From Eledone cirrhosa (lineage: Eukaryota), in the NCBI GenBank assembly GCA_964016885.1, contig OZ024741.1:68944001-69008000 (forward strand): a stretch of DNA of 64,000 bases, written 5' to 3'. The number at the start of each line of letters is the position of its first letter. Positions within the stretch are counted from its first letter, which is position 1. The position numbers and the translations under genes were made by a program. Below, piece by piece: positions 30,001-42,570 of this stretch. Under the pieces are notes generated by a model, which was not told where the DNA came from, ran no database searches, and saw only the letters and a list, made by a program, of their open reading frames with translations.

Positions 30001-33000
30001 CATAGAGATCATGTTGTTACCAAGATAAAACATAGAGACCATGTTGTTACCGAGATAAAACATAGAGATCATGTTGTTACCAAGATAAAACATAGAGACC
30101 ATGTTGTTGCCAAGATAAAACATAGAAACCATGTTGTTGCCAAGATAAAACATAGGGACCAAGATAAAACATAGGGACTATGTTGTTGCCAAGATAAAAC
30201 ATATAGACCATGTTGTTACCAAGATAGAACATATAGACCATGTTGTTACCAAGATAAAACATATAGACCATGTTGTTACCAAGATAAATCATATCGACCA
30301 TGTTGTTACCAAGATAAAACATATAGAACATGTTGTTGCCAAGATAAACCATATAGACCATGTTGTTACCAAGATATAACATATAGAACATGATGTTGCC
30401 AAGATAAAACATATAGACCATGTTCTACCAAGATAAAACATATAGACCATGTTGTACCAAGATAAAACATATAGACCATGTTGTTACCAAGATAAAACAT
30501 ATAGACCATGTTGTTGCCAAGATAAAACATATAGACCATGTTGTTACCAAGATAAAACATAGAGACCATGTTGTTGCCAAGATAAAACATATAGACCATG
30601 TTGTTACCAAGATAAAACATATAGACCATGTTCTTTCCAAGATAAAACATATAGACCATGTTGTTACCAAGATAAAACATAGGGACCAAGATAAAACACA
30701 GATCATGTCGTTGCCAAGATAAAACATAGAGACCATGTTGTTGCCAAAATAAGACATATAGACCATGTTGTTACCAAGATAAAACATAGAGACCATGTTG
30801 TTGCCAAGATAAAACATATAGACCATGTTTTTACCAAGATAAAACATATAGACCATGTTGTTACCAAGATAAAACATAGGGACCAAGATAAAACATAGAC
30901 CATGTCGTTGCCAAGATAAAACATATAGACCATGTTGTTGCCAAGATAAAACATAAAGACCATGTTGTTACCAAGATAAAACATATAGACCATGTTGTTA
31001 CCAAAATAAAACATAAAGACCATGTTGTTACCAAGATAAAACATAGGGACCATGTTGTTGCCAAGATAAAACATATAGACCATGTTGTTACCAAGATAAA
31101 ACATATAGACCATGTTGTTGCCAAGATAAAACATAAAGACCATGTTGTTACCAAGATAAAACATATAGACCATGTTGTTACCAAAATAAAACATAAAGAC
31201 CATGTTCTTACCAAGATAAAACATAGGGACCATGTTGTTGCCAAGATAAAACATATAGCCCATGTTGTTACCAAGATAAAACAGATAGACCATGTTGTTA
31301 CCAAGATAAAACATATAGACCATGTTGTTACCAAGATAAATCATATCGACCATGTTGTTACCAAGATAAAACATATAGAACATGTTGTTGCCAAGATAAA
31401 CCATATAGACCATGTTGTTGCCAAGATAAAACATATAGACCATGTTGTTACCAAGATAAAACATATAGACCATGTTGTTGCCAAGATAAAACATAGAGAC
31501 CATGTTGTTACCAAGATAAACATAAGGACCATGTTGTTACCAAGATAAAACATATAGAACATTTTGTTGCCAAGATAAAACATATAGACCATGTTGTTGC
31601 CAAGATAAAACATATAGGACATGAAGTTGCTAAGATAAAACATATAGACCATGTTGTACCAAGTTAAAACATATAGACCATGTTGTCCCAAGATAAAACA
31701 TATAGAGCATGTTGTTACCAAGATGAAAATTATAGACCATGTTGTTACCAAGATAAAACATAAAGACCATATTGTTGCCAAGATAAAACATATAGACCAT
31801 GATGTTACAAAGATGAAACATAGGGACCAAGATAAAACTTAGAGACCATGTTGTTACCAAGATAAAACATATAGACCATGTTGTTACCAAGATAAAACAT
31901 ATAGACCATGTTGTTGCCAAGAGGAAATATAAAGACCATGTTGTTACCAAGATAACACATAGGGACCAAGATAAAACATAGAGACCATGTTGTTACCAAG
32001 ATAACACATAGAGACCATGTTGTTACCCAGATAAAACATATAGACCATGTTGTTACCAAGATAATACATAGAGACCATGTTGTTACCAAGATAAAACATA
32101 GAGATCATGTTGTTACCAAGATAAAACATAGAGATCATGTTGTTACCGAGATAAAACATAGAGATCATGTTGTTACCAAGATAAAACATAGAGACCATGT
32201 TGTTGCCAAGATAAAACATAGAAACCATGTTGTTACCAAGATAAAACATAGGGACCAAGATAAAACATAGAGACCATGTTGTTACCAAGATAAAACCTAT
32301 AGACCATGTTGTTACCAAGATAAAACATAAAGACCATGTTGTTACCAAGATAAAACATAGGGACTATGTTGTTGCCAAGATAAAACATATAGACCATGTT
32401 GTTACCAAGATAAAACATATAGACCATGTTGTTACCAAGATAAAACATATAGACCATGTTGTTACCAAGATAAATCATATCGACCATGTTGTTACCAGGA
32501 TAAAACATATAGAACATGTTGTTGCCAAGATAAACCATATAGACCATGTTGTTGCCAAGATATAACATATAGAACATGATGTTGCCAAGATAAAACATAT
32601 AGACCATGTTGTACCAAGATAAAACAAATAGACCATGTTGTACCAAGATAAAACATATAGAGCATGTTGTTACCAAGATAAAAATTATAGACCATGTTGT
32701 TACCAAGATAAAACATAAAGACCATATTGTTGCCAAGATAAAACATATAGACCATGATGTTACAAAGATGAAACATAGGGACCAAGATAAAACTTAGAGA
32801 CCATGTTGTTACCAAGATAAAACATATAGACCATGTTGTTACCAAGATAAAACATATAGACCATGTTGTTGCCAAGAGGAAATATAAAGACCATGTTGTT
32901 ACCAAGATAACACATAGGGACCAAGATAAAACATAGAGACCATGTTGTTACCAAGATAAAACATAGAGACCATGTTGTTACCCAGATAAAACATATAGAC

Positions 33001-34958
33001 CATGTTGTTACCAAGATAAAACATAGAGACCATGTTGTTACCAAGATAATACATAGAGATCATGTTGTTACCAAGATAAAACATAGAGACCATGTTGTTA
33101 CCGAGATAAAACATAGAGATCATGTTGTTACCAAGATAAAACATAGAGACCATGTTGTTGCCAAGATAAAACATAGAAACCATGTTGTTGCCAAGATAAA
33201 ACATAGGGACCAAGATAAAACATAGAGACCATGTTGTTACCAAGATAAAACCTATAGACCATGTTGTTACCAAGATAAAACATAAAGACCATGTTGTTAC
33301 CAAGATAAAACATAGGGACTATGTTGTTGCCAAGATAAAACATATAGACCATGTTGTTACCAAGATAGAACATATAGACCATGTTGTTACCAAGATAAAA
33401 CATAGAGACCATGTTGTTACCAAGATAAATCATATCGACCATGTTGTTACCAAGATAAAACATATAGAACATGTTGTTGCCAAGATAAACCATATAGACC
33501 ATGTTGTTGCCAAGATATAACATATAGAACATGATGTTGCCAAGATAAAACATATAGACCATGTTCTACCAAGATAAAACATATAGACCATGTTGTACCA
33601 AGATAAAACATATAGACCATGTTGTTACCAAGATAAAACATATAGACCATGTTGTTGCCAAGATAAAACATATAGACCATGTTGTTACCAAGATAAAACA
33701 TAGAGACCATGTTGTTGCCAAGATAAAACATATAGACCATGTTGTTACGAAGATAAAACATATAGACCATGTTCTTTCCAAGATAAAACATATAGACCAT
33801 GTTGTTACCAAGATAAAACATAGGGACCAAGATAAAACACAGATCATGTCGTTGCCAAGATAAAACATAGAGACCATGTTGTTGCCAAAATAAGACATAT
33901 AGACCATGTTGTTACCAAGATAAAACATAGAGACCATGTTGTTGCCAAGATAAAACATATAGACCATGTTGTTACCAAGATAAAACATATAGACCATGTT
34001 GTTACCAAGATAAAACATAGGGACCAAGATAAAACATAGACCATGTCGTTGCCAAGATAAAACATATAGACCATGTTGTTGCCAAGATAAAACATAAAGA
34101 CCATGTTGTTACCAAGATAAAACATAGGGACCATGTTGTTGCCAAGATAAAACATATAGACCATGTTGTTACCAAGGTAAAACATATAGACCATGTTGTT
34201 ACCAAGATAAAACATATAGACCATGTTGTTACCAAGATAAATCATATCGACCATGTTGTTACCAAGATAAAACATGTAGAACATGTTGTTGCCAAGATAA
34301 ACCATATAGACCATGTTGTTGCCAAGATATAACATATAGAACATGATGTTGCCAAGATAAAACATATAGACCATGTTCTACCAAGATAAAACATATAGAC
34401 CATGTTGTACCAAGATAAAACATATAGACCATATTGTTACCAAGATAAAACATATAGACTATGTTGTTGCCAAGATAAAACATATAGACCATGTTGTTAC
34501 CAAGATAAAACATAGAGACCATGTTGTTGCCAAGATAAAACATATAGACCATGTTGTTACCAAGATAAAACATATAGACCATGTTCTTACCAAGATAAAA
34601 CATATAGACCATGTTGTTACCAAGATAAAACATAGGGACCAAGATAAAACACAGATGATGTCGTTGCCAAGATAAAACATAGAGACTATGTTGTTGCCAA
34701 GATAAAACATATAGACCATGTTGTTACCAAGATACAACATAAAGACCATGTTGTTGCCAAGATAAAACATATAGACCATGTTGTTACCAAGATAAAACAT
34801 ATAGACCATGTTGTTACGAAGATAAAACATAGGGACCAAGATAAAACATAGACCATGTCGTTGCCAAGATAAAACATATAGACCATGTTGTTGCCAAGAT
34901 AAAATATAAAGACCATGTTGTTGCCAAGATAAACATAAAGACCATGTTGTTACCAAGA
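1..34958. repeat. 30-bp tandem satellite array, truncated by the window start; consensus GACCATGTTGTTRCCAAGATAAAACATAKA with interspersed 19-bp monomers (GACCAAGATAAAACATAGG type)
   Basis: Uninterrupted 30-bp periodicity over about 35 kb (on the order of 1,200 monomers by length). The array ends abruptly at ...gttgttaccaaga|gcacatgg. Confidence 0.98.
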
Positions 34959-35573
34959 GCACATGGTGATCAATGCATTTTGTCATTGAATTACTAAATG
35001 AATATATGTCTCTCTATGTTTTAGGACAATACGACAGGCTTATAGTGACGCTAGAAATAGCAGCAGAAATTCGTCTAAATCTACTCTACAGTGAAGATGT
35101 AGATAATATTAATTAAGAAGTTATTTGTATGTAATATTTAGACATTTTAATGAGATGATAAACTATACATGTAAATTGTCAACTCAGAAGTGATTAAATA
35201 TTAAATTTAAGCCCAAACCTTGATTTGGCGGGATATAAGCAAGGCTGACTAAAATAAATCAGTTTTATTCATATAGTTCCCCTCATATGTATATACATAT
35301 GTATGCAAGTTAATATATATGTATATTTACTTGCATATACATATTCAATTGCATATACATACACACACACACGTGTATATCTTTACACATAAATACACAC
35401 ACATACAAATAAAATAATATATCTATATAAAGGGTGTGTCAGCTTTCCCTTAGTCACAATGAAAGGTTCACGACCTTCATAACGATTCAGATGAATAACT
35501 AAAGTAGGGCTCTTACGAAGTCACGCTACATTAGTACGTTAGTTTGGTGACCTAGCTGTAGTTTCATAAATAA

Positions 35574-36300
35574 CTAACCGAATTACCCGCGCCTTGCTGC
35601 GTTTCACACATTTTTAATTTTTTTTTTTTTTTTTTTTTCTTGTGTAAGAAAATGATGATTGATTTTAAATCACTAATATAATTTATGGAGAAAAACTCTG
35701 CATTTCAATATTACTCAATGTAAAATGTAATGCGTGAAAAATTGGAAAAGATTTTTTGCAGTATATCAAATCAAAATTACATTATTGAATCTTATTCTTA
35801 TTTTGTTTCTTGTAAATAATTTTTTTCAAAATATCAATTCAAAACTTGATCATTTCATTTTTGTGTAAAGCATTATTTTCAAATTAGAGATTCAAAGTTT
35901 AATTATATATTTTTAACATAATAAATACATGAAAATATATTTCATACTTTGTCCTAATGAAGAACTTCAGGGTAAACAACGTTTCTTGATTGGCTAAAAT
36001 GTAGAGATTTTTTAAAGTTCTAGTCCTTGAAACGGCCACATAAAACATGAGAAGAGCTTGACCTTTGTCAGCCCCGTATATAATGGTTGTTTCAATCAAG
36101 TTCTCATGCAATCTTGTTACAACACATCTTCCCTTTATTGGCCAAACTTTTCACTATAGGGGGTTTAACCCCCATTAGGGTGTCTTGATATTATTGAAAT
36201 TTTGTGAATAGGCATCATATCTTGTCATTTACCTATGGTTTAAATTTCATATAAATCGAAAGGAAAACATTTTCAGCTGGGGTTTGTGCCCCCGAGGAAT
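35574..36300 (-). mobile_element. Degenerate Helitron fragment (3' hairpin end plus helicase remnant)
   Basis: The minus strand ends CGCAGCAAGGCGCGGGTAATTCGG-TTAG, a GC hairpin followed by a CTAG-like end. It contains the helicase remnant listed next. The distal boundary is approximate. Confidence 0.55.
35899..36111 (-). pseudogene. Remnant of a PIF1-family (Helitron RepHel) helicase C-terminus
   Basis: ORF peptide KGQALLMFYVAVSRTRTLKNLYIL matches the PIF1/Helitron motif VI pattern (GQxYVAxSR...L). It lies upstream of a Helitron-like 3' end on the same strand. Confidence 0.65.
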
Positions 36301-37030
36301 GGAGAGAATTTTTTGCCACAAAAAGAGGTTCAGAACCACTGGAATGCCCATTGTCTCTTCAGCAAAAACTTCCAGATTCAAGGGAATGTGAAGCATTTAG
36401 TTTGACACCTGAATGCTTCCATTTATCCGATTATGTTCGTGGAAGTCCTCCAGGGCTAGCTGATTTGGGTGTTTCTATGTGGTTGCTTGGTCTGCATTAT
36501 ATAGTTGTCAGAGGCTGCTGGAATCTTGGAGAAGGATACATTGCTAAAGGGCTAATTTGTCTAGGGTGTTAATTTTAAAGTGTACCAGCCTTAGTTTAGG
36601 CCGAAGTGGAAGCATTCTGCTAATACATCTTCTCCCCCCCCCCCTTCCTCTACCCTCTCCTACTACCAGTCATAACCAAGCTATAAGCAGAGTAGGATGG
36701 TCAGAGAAATGAACTCTCTTCTCTGAATGAACATGTATGTGAAAATTAATTTTTCTTCCCCTTTTTATTTTCATTTATTTTATTATTATTATTATCACTA
36801 TTTGTACAAATATGCAACTTAACAATATTCTGCATATCCGCAATTGACAACAATGCATATACTGCTGAAACCGGTATTGTAAATAAATTAATGTTTTGAT
36901 ATCTCACAAAAAAAAGCTCTTCAACATTTTCTACTGAAAGAATCCTCTTCCTTTCTATTATTTGTTTTTATATATATCAACTCGTCTGTTACTTTTATAC
37001 ATTCGATATATATATATATATATATATACA

Positions 37031-37175
37031 TTCAAAGCATTATCAAGCTGACACATGTTTCTGCCGGTATAGAATTTCCACGGTTGAGTTATAATTTCAT
37101 AATTTAACCTGTGGGTTTCAATTCGGGATCGGCATCTCAGAGTTCATTAAAGACCTCATTAATATTTCAGAAATA
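37031..37175 (-). mobile_element. Hammerhead-motif-bearing short element, a diverged inverted partner of 40612-40755
   Basis: The reverse complement aligns by eye with 40612-40755. It reads CTGAGATGCCGATCCCGAATTGAAACCCACAGG...GGCAGAAACATGTGTCAG. Confidence 0.7.
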
Positions 37176-37374
37176 AGCACATACATATGTCGTACTAAAC
37201 GTGGTTTAAATAAATCTTAAATTTTAAACCTTGAATATGTCCAACTGCATGCCACCATTGATACCTCTGAACCAAATTATAAGTATGAACATAACACTTC
37301 TCAAGATATATACCTACTGTTTTATTAATAAGAAACTTCTTTAATAATGACTCTAAACTTTAAAATACGATCTT

Positions 37375-40300
37375 TCAAAATAAGATTGTCTGTAATTGTA
37401 AGTCAAAATAAGATCCTCTGTAATTGTAAGTCAAAATAAGATCCTCTGTAATTGTAAGTCAAAATAAGATCCTCTGTAATTGTAAGTCAAAATAAGATCC
37501 TCTGTAATTGTAAGTCAAAATAAGATTGTCTGTAATTGTAAGTCAAAATAAGATTCTCTGTAATTGTAAGTCAAAATAAGATCCACTGTAATTATAAGTC
37601 AAAATAAGATCCTCTGTAATTGTAAGTCAAAATAAGATCCTCTGTAATTGTAAGTCAAAATAAGATTGTCTGTAATTGTAAGTCAAAATAAGATTCTCTG
37701 TAATTGTAAGTCAAAATAAGATTGTCTGTAATTGTAAGTCAAAATAAGATCCTCTGTAATTGTAAGTCAAAATAAGATCCTCTGTAATTGTAAGTCAAAA
37801 TAAGACTCTCTGTAAGTCAAAATAAGATTCTCTGTAATTGTAAGTCAAAATAAGATCCTCTGTAATTGTAAATCAAAATAAGACTCTCTGTAATTGTAAG
37901 TCAAAATAAGATTCTCTGTAATTGTAAGTCAAAATAAGATCCACTGTAATTATAAGTCAAAATAAGATCCTCTGTAATTGTAAGTCAAAATAAGATCCTC
38001 TGTAATTGTAAGTCAAAATAAGATTGTCTGTAATTGTAAGTCAAAATAAGATTCTCTGTAATTGTAAGTCAAAATAAGATTGTCTGTAATTGTAAGTCAA
38101 AATAAGATTGTCTGTAATTGTAAGTCAAAATAAGATCCTCTGTAATTGTAAGTCAAAATAAGATTTTCTGTAATTGTAAGTCAAAATAAGATTCTCTGTA
38201 ATTGTAAGTCAAAATAAGATCCTCTGTAATTGTAAGTCAAAATAAGATTGTCTGTAATTGTAAGTCAAAATAAGATCCTCTGTAATTGTAAGTCAAAATA
38301 AGATCCTCTGTAATTGTAAGTCAAAATAAGATCCTCTGTAATTGTAAGTCAAAGTAAGATTCTCTGTAATTGTAAGTCAAAATAAGATTGTCTGTAATTG
38401 TAAGTCAAAATAAGATCCTCTGTAATTGTAAGTCAAAGTAAGATTGTCTGTAATTGTAAGTCAAAATAAGATCCTCTGTAATTGTAAGTCAAAATAAGAT
38501 CTTCTGTAATTGTAACTCAAAGTAATATTGTCTGTAATTGTAAGTCAAAATAAGATTGTCTGTAATTGTAAGTCAAAATAAGATCCTCTGTAATTGTAAG
38601 TCAAAATAAGATTCTCTGTAATTGTAAGTCAAAATAAGATCCTCTGTAATTGTAAGTCAAAATAAGATTGTCTGTAATTGTAAGTCAAAATAAGATCCTC
38701 TGTAATTGTAAGTCAAAATAAGACTCTCTGTAAGTCAAAATAAGATCCTCTGTAATTGTAAGTCAAAATAAGACTCTCTGTAAGTCAAAATAAGACTCTC
38801 TGTAAGTCAAAATAAGATTCTCTGTAATTGTAAGTCTAAATAAGATCCTCTGTAATTGTAAGTCAAAATAAGACTCTCTGTAAGTCAAAATAAGATCCTC
38901 TGTAATTGTAAGTCAAAATAAGACTCTCTGTAAGTCAAAATAAGATTCTCTGTAATTGTAAGTCAAAATAAGATTCTCTGTAATTGTAAGTCAAAATAAG
39001 ATCCTCTGTAATTGTAAGTCAAAATAAGACTCTCTGTAAGTCAAAATAAGATCCTCTGTAATTGTAAGTCAAAATAAGATCCTCTGTAATTGTAAGTCAA
39101 AATAAGATCCTCTGTAATTGTAAGTCAAAATAAGACTCTCTGTAAGTCAAAATAAGATTCTCTGTAATTGTAAATCAAAATAAGATTGTCTGTAATTGTA
39201 AGTCAAAAGAAGATCCTCTGTAATTGTAAGTCAAAATAAGACTCTCTGTAAGTCAAAATAAGATTCTCTGTAATTGTAAGTCAAAATAAGATTGTCTGTA
39301 ATTGTAAGTCAAAATAAGATCCTCTGTAATTGTAAGTCAAAATAAAATCCTCTGTAATTGTAAGTCAAAATACGATCCTCTGTAATTGTAAGTCAAAATA
39401 AGACTCTCTGTAAGTCAAAACAAGATTGTCTGTAATTGTAAGTCAAAGTAAGATTGTCTGTAATTGTAAGTCAAAATAAGATTGTCTGTAATTGTAAGTC
39501 AAAATAAGATCCTCTGTAATTGTAAGTCAAAATAAGATTGTCTGTAATTGTAAGTCAAAATAAGATCCTCTGTAATTGTAAGTCAAAATAAGACTCTCTG
39601 TAAGTCAAAATAAGATTCTCTGTAATTGTAAGTCAAAATAAGATTGTCTGTAATTGTAAGTCAAAATAAGATTGTCTGTAATTGTAAGTCAAAATAAGAT
39701 CCTCTGTAATTGTAAGTCAAAATAAGATTGTCTGTAATTGTAAGTCAAAATAAGATCCTCTGTAATTGTAAGTCAAAATAAGACTCTCTGTAATTGTAAG
39801 TCAAAATAAGATTGTCTGTAATTGTAAGTCAAAATAAGATCCTCTGTAATTGTAAGTCAAAATAAGACTCTGTGTAAGTCAAAATAAGACTTTCTGTAAG
39901 TCAAAATAAGATTCTCTGTAATTGTAAGTCAAAATAAGATTGTCTGTAATTGTAAGTCAAAATAAGATCCTCTGTAATTGTAAGTCAAAATAAGACTCTC
40001 TGTAAGTCAAAATAAGATCCTCTGTAATTGTAAGTCAAAATAAGACTCTCTGTAAGTCAAAATAAGACTTTGTAAGTCAAAATAAGATTTTCTGTAATTG
40101 TAAGTCAAAATAAGATTGTCTGTAATTGTAAGTCAAAATAAGATTGTCTGTAATTGTAAGTCAAAATAAGATTGTCTGTAATTGTAAGTCAAAATAAGAT
40201 CCTCTGTAATTGTAAGTCAAAGTAAGATTGTCTGTAATTGTAAGTCAAAATAAGATTGTCTGTAATTGTAAGACAAAATAAGATTCTCTGTAATTGTAAG

Positions 40301-40433
40301 TCAAAATAAGATTGTCTGTAATTGTAAGACAAAATAAGATCCTCTGTAATTGTAAGTCAAAATAAGATTCTCTGTAAGTCAAAATAAGATCCTCTGTAAT
40401 TGTAAGACAAAATAAGATCGTCTTTAATTGTAA
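37375..40433. repeat. 28-bp tandem satellite (AAAATAAGATCCTCTGTAATTGTAAGTC) with 22-bp deletion variants
   Basis: Clear 28-bp periodicity over about 3.06 kb. Variants read GATCCTC, GATTGTC or GATTCTC, and the short form GACTCTCTGTAAGTC lacks one TGTAAT. Confidence 0.97.
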
Positions 40434-40611
40434 CATCCCCTCTATCCACCATATTGCTCTCACAAACCTAGTCATCTCTTCATCATTGCCATACTTGAAC
40501 TATTTTACAATGGCTTTTCGAAATGGTCTTTTTGAAATTTTCGGGAAACTTCTGTAAATTGTTAGCAAAATAAATAATTAATGAGTGCTTTTATGTGATT
40601 AATTGTTACTA

Positions 40612-40755
40612 TATGTGAAATATTAATAAAGCCTTTAATAAACTCTGATGATTCCGATCTGGAATTGAAACCCACGGGTTATATTTTAATATTATAACCC
40701 AACAATAGGAACTCTATACTGGCAGAAACATTTGTCAGTGTGATAATACTTTCAA
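40612..40755 (+). mobile_element. Penelope-like pseudo-LTR fragment with a hammerhead ribozyme motif
   Basis: ACT-CTGATGA(40645)-TTCC gatct GGAA-tt-GAAA-CCC ac GGG...GAAAC(40725) ATTT GTC-AGT. Confidence 0.6.
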
Positions 40756-40867
40756 TCTTCAGTGTTTCTGAAATTAATGTATAACAGCTCTGCGTGATCC
40801 CCACTGCATTGAGCTTTAAATCAACGGGGCCCTGTGCTTAAACACGTCTAATCACAATGGTCATTAA

Positions 40868-40998
40868 TAGTAGAGAGTGGCTATATTATAAAGAGTCGGA
40901 AACCGATGGCTGAGCTCTTGTCGTTTCAAGAGCTAGTTCCAGATGCTGTTGAAACGGTAAGAACTCAGCCGTCGGGTCCCGACTCTTTATGATATATA
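40868..40998. repeat. Imperfect fold-back element distantly related to family A
   Basis: Arms TATATTATAAAGAGTCGG...TGAGCTCTT and AAGAACTCAG...CCGACTCTTTATGATATA. It shares TAGTAGAG(A)GTGG and GTTTC/GAAACGG motifs with family A. Confidence 0.6.
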
Positions 40999-41149
40999 TA
41001 TACTGTATATATAAGGGGCGGTGAAACTGGGGGGCCAGGAGAGCTATTCCCCTTCCCCCCTAATTATATTTTTATTCCCAAACTACCAAAACACATCTAT
41101 CTGTAAATGCGCTACAATTTATGTACATGTTATGTAGCGACAGATGGAA

Positions 41150-41395
41150 AAGATAGATATAGATATAGAGAGGGGGGTTGGAAGGGAGTTGCGTGAAGTA
41201 GATATAGAGAGGGAGAGAGTTTGGTACTAATTGATATAGAGAGGGGTATTGAGAGCGAGTTCCGTGTAGTAGATAAAGAGAGGGGGAGAGTTTGGTGTTA
41301 CTTGATATAGAGAGGGGGAATGGAAGAGAGTACTGTGTAGTAGATTTAAAGAGGAGGAGAGTTTGGTGTTAGATGATATAGAGAGGGGGTGGTCT
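41150..41395. repeat. Purine-rich degenerate minisatellite (TAGATATAGAGAGGGGG... units of about 30-33 bp)
   Basis: GATATAGAGAGGGG recurs, with alternating GAGAGTTTGGT and GGAAG...GTGTAG variants. Confidence 0.7.
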
Positions 41396-41396
41396 A

Positions 41397-41615
<219 letters not shown>

Positions 41616-41678
41616 GTTGAAGTTTCCGTGGAAAAAGTAAAAGGAATGAAGAGTGCTCTATGTAAGTAACAGAGCTAA

Positions 41679-41756
41679 ATATTTAATGTATAATAAACAA
41701 CACAGTATAATTACCTCGGGCAATGAGGTAATTATACTGTGTTGTTTATTATACAT

Positions 41757-41763
<7 letters not shown>
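41679..41763. repeat. Perfect hairpin with about 39-bp arms and a 7-nt loop, abutting (TA)n
   Basis: ATATTTAATGTATAATAAACAACACAGTATAATTACCTC gggcaat GAGGTAATTATACTGTGTTGTTTATTATACATTAAATAT. Confidence 0.9.
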
Positions 41764-41788
<25 letters not shown>

Positions 41789-41792
<4 letters not shown>

Positions 41793-42020
41793 AAAAAGTA
41801 TGACCCCGACGACAGAGCTCAAGCCGTTTCGACGGCTATTTCTGGACTTACCCCTTGAAAAGTTCGGCTATTTATTTACCACGCTAAAAATTTTAATTTA
41901 GTCCAGAAATAGCCGTCGAAACGGCTTGAGCTATGCCGTCGGAGTCATACTTTTTCCTATTTCCCACTCTACTACCCTAAGTATTGAGTACTCTGGTGCG
42001 TTATGGTCCATCTGGTTCCT
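41789..42020 (+). mobile_element. Fold-back family A, copy 1 (arms about 60 bp, spacer about 51 bp, one-sided tail)
   Basis: Arms 41789-41848 and 41900-41960. The tail CCCACTCTACTACCCTAAGTATTGAGTACTC is shared with the copies at 43765 and 57590. Flanked by (TA)n. Confidence 0.85.
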
Positions 42021-42045
42021 ATATATATATATATATATATACATA

Positions 42046-42146
42046 CAGGGTGTCCCCAAAATCTGTTCAAACACTTTGATTACCTGTACAGGCAATATTT
42101 ATTAGAATGCTGTTGAAGTGTATATACAATTTTTTGAGACACCCTA
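42046..42146. mobile_element. Tc1/mariner-type MITE of about 100 bp
   Basis: TIRs CAGGGTGTCCCCAAAA and TTTTGAGACACCCTA, with TA on both sides. CAGGGTG termini with a TA target are typical of Tc1/mariner. Confidence 0.75.
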
Positions 42147-42154
42147 TATATATA

Positions 42155-42555
42155 CAATGATATTAAATAAATGGAAACTATATTTATAAAACCATATTTA
42201 TTCTATTATATATATTTCAAGGGTACCAAAAATTTTGGTATGCTATCATCAGATAAAATACAAAATGTTTTATAAATATTTGACATGACCTGAAAGGGAT
42301 AACTTGAACCGTTAAGGTATATCATCCTTGGTCATCTCAAATATTTATAAAACATTTTGTATTTTATCTGATGATAGCGTACCAAAATTTTTGGTACCCT
42401 TGAAATATATATAATAGAATAAATATGGTTTTATAAATATAGTTTCCATTTATTTAATATCATTGAATACTTACTCCAAAAACTGTCGAGTACTCTCAAT
42501 CAGTTATAAACATCTATATTTGTTAGATTTCCAACAAATTAAATATCTCTTCTAC
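42155..42555 (+). mobile_element. Fold-back family E (136-bp arms, 39-bp spacer, tail) with a hammerhead motif
   Basis: Arms 42155-42290 and 42330-42465. TTAT-CTGATGA(42368)...GTACCAAAA t TTTTGGTAC...GAAA(42402)-TATATATA-ATAG, then AATAAA at 42418. Confidence 0.85.
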
Positions 42556-42570
42556 ATATATATATATATA

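Noticed and set aside
1-34958. p53 response elements (CATG cores) in the satellite
   Set aside because: GACCATGTTG mismatches RRRCWWGYYY at two positions and no paired half-site is present.
176-34986. More than a hundred ORFs with MFYLGNNMV, TTWSLCFIL or KIKHIDHVV repeats
   Set aside because: They are translations of a 30-bp satellite. Overlapping frames are open at once and frames switch at 19-bp and 29-bp monomers, so no reading frame is conserved.
1-40433. CRISPR-like regular repeats of about 30 bp
   Set aside because: Monomers are head-to-tail with no unique spacers, there are no cas genes and the context is eukaryotic.
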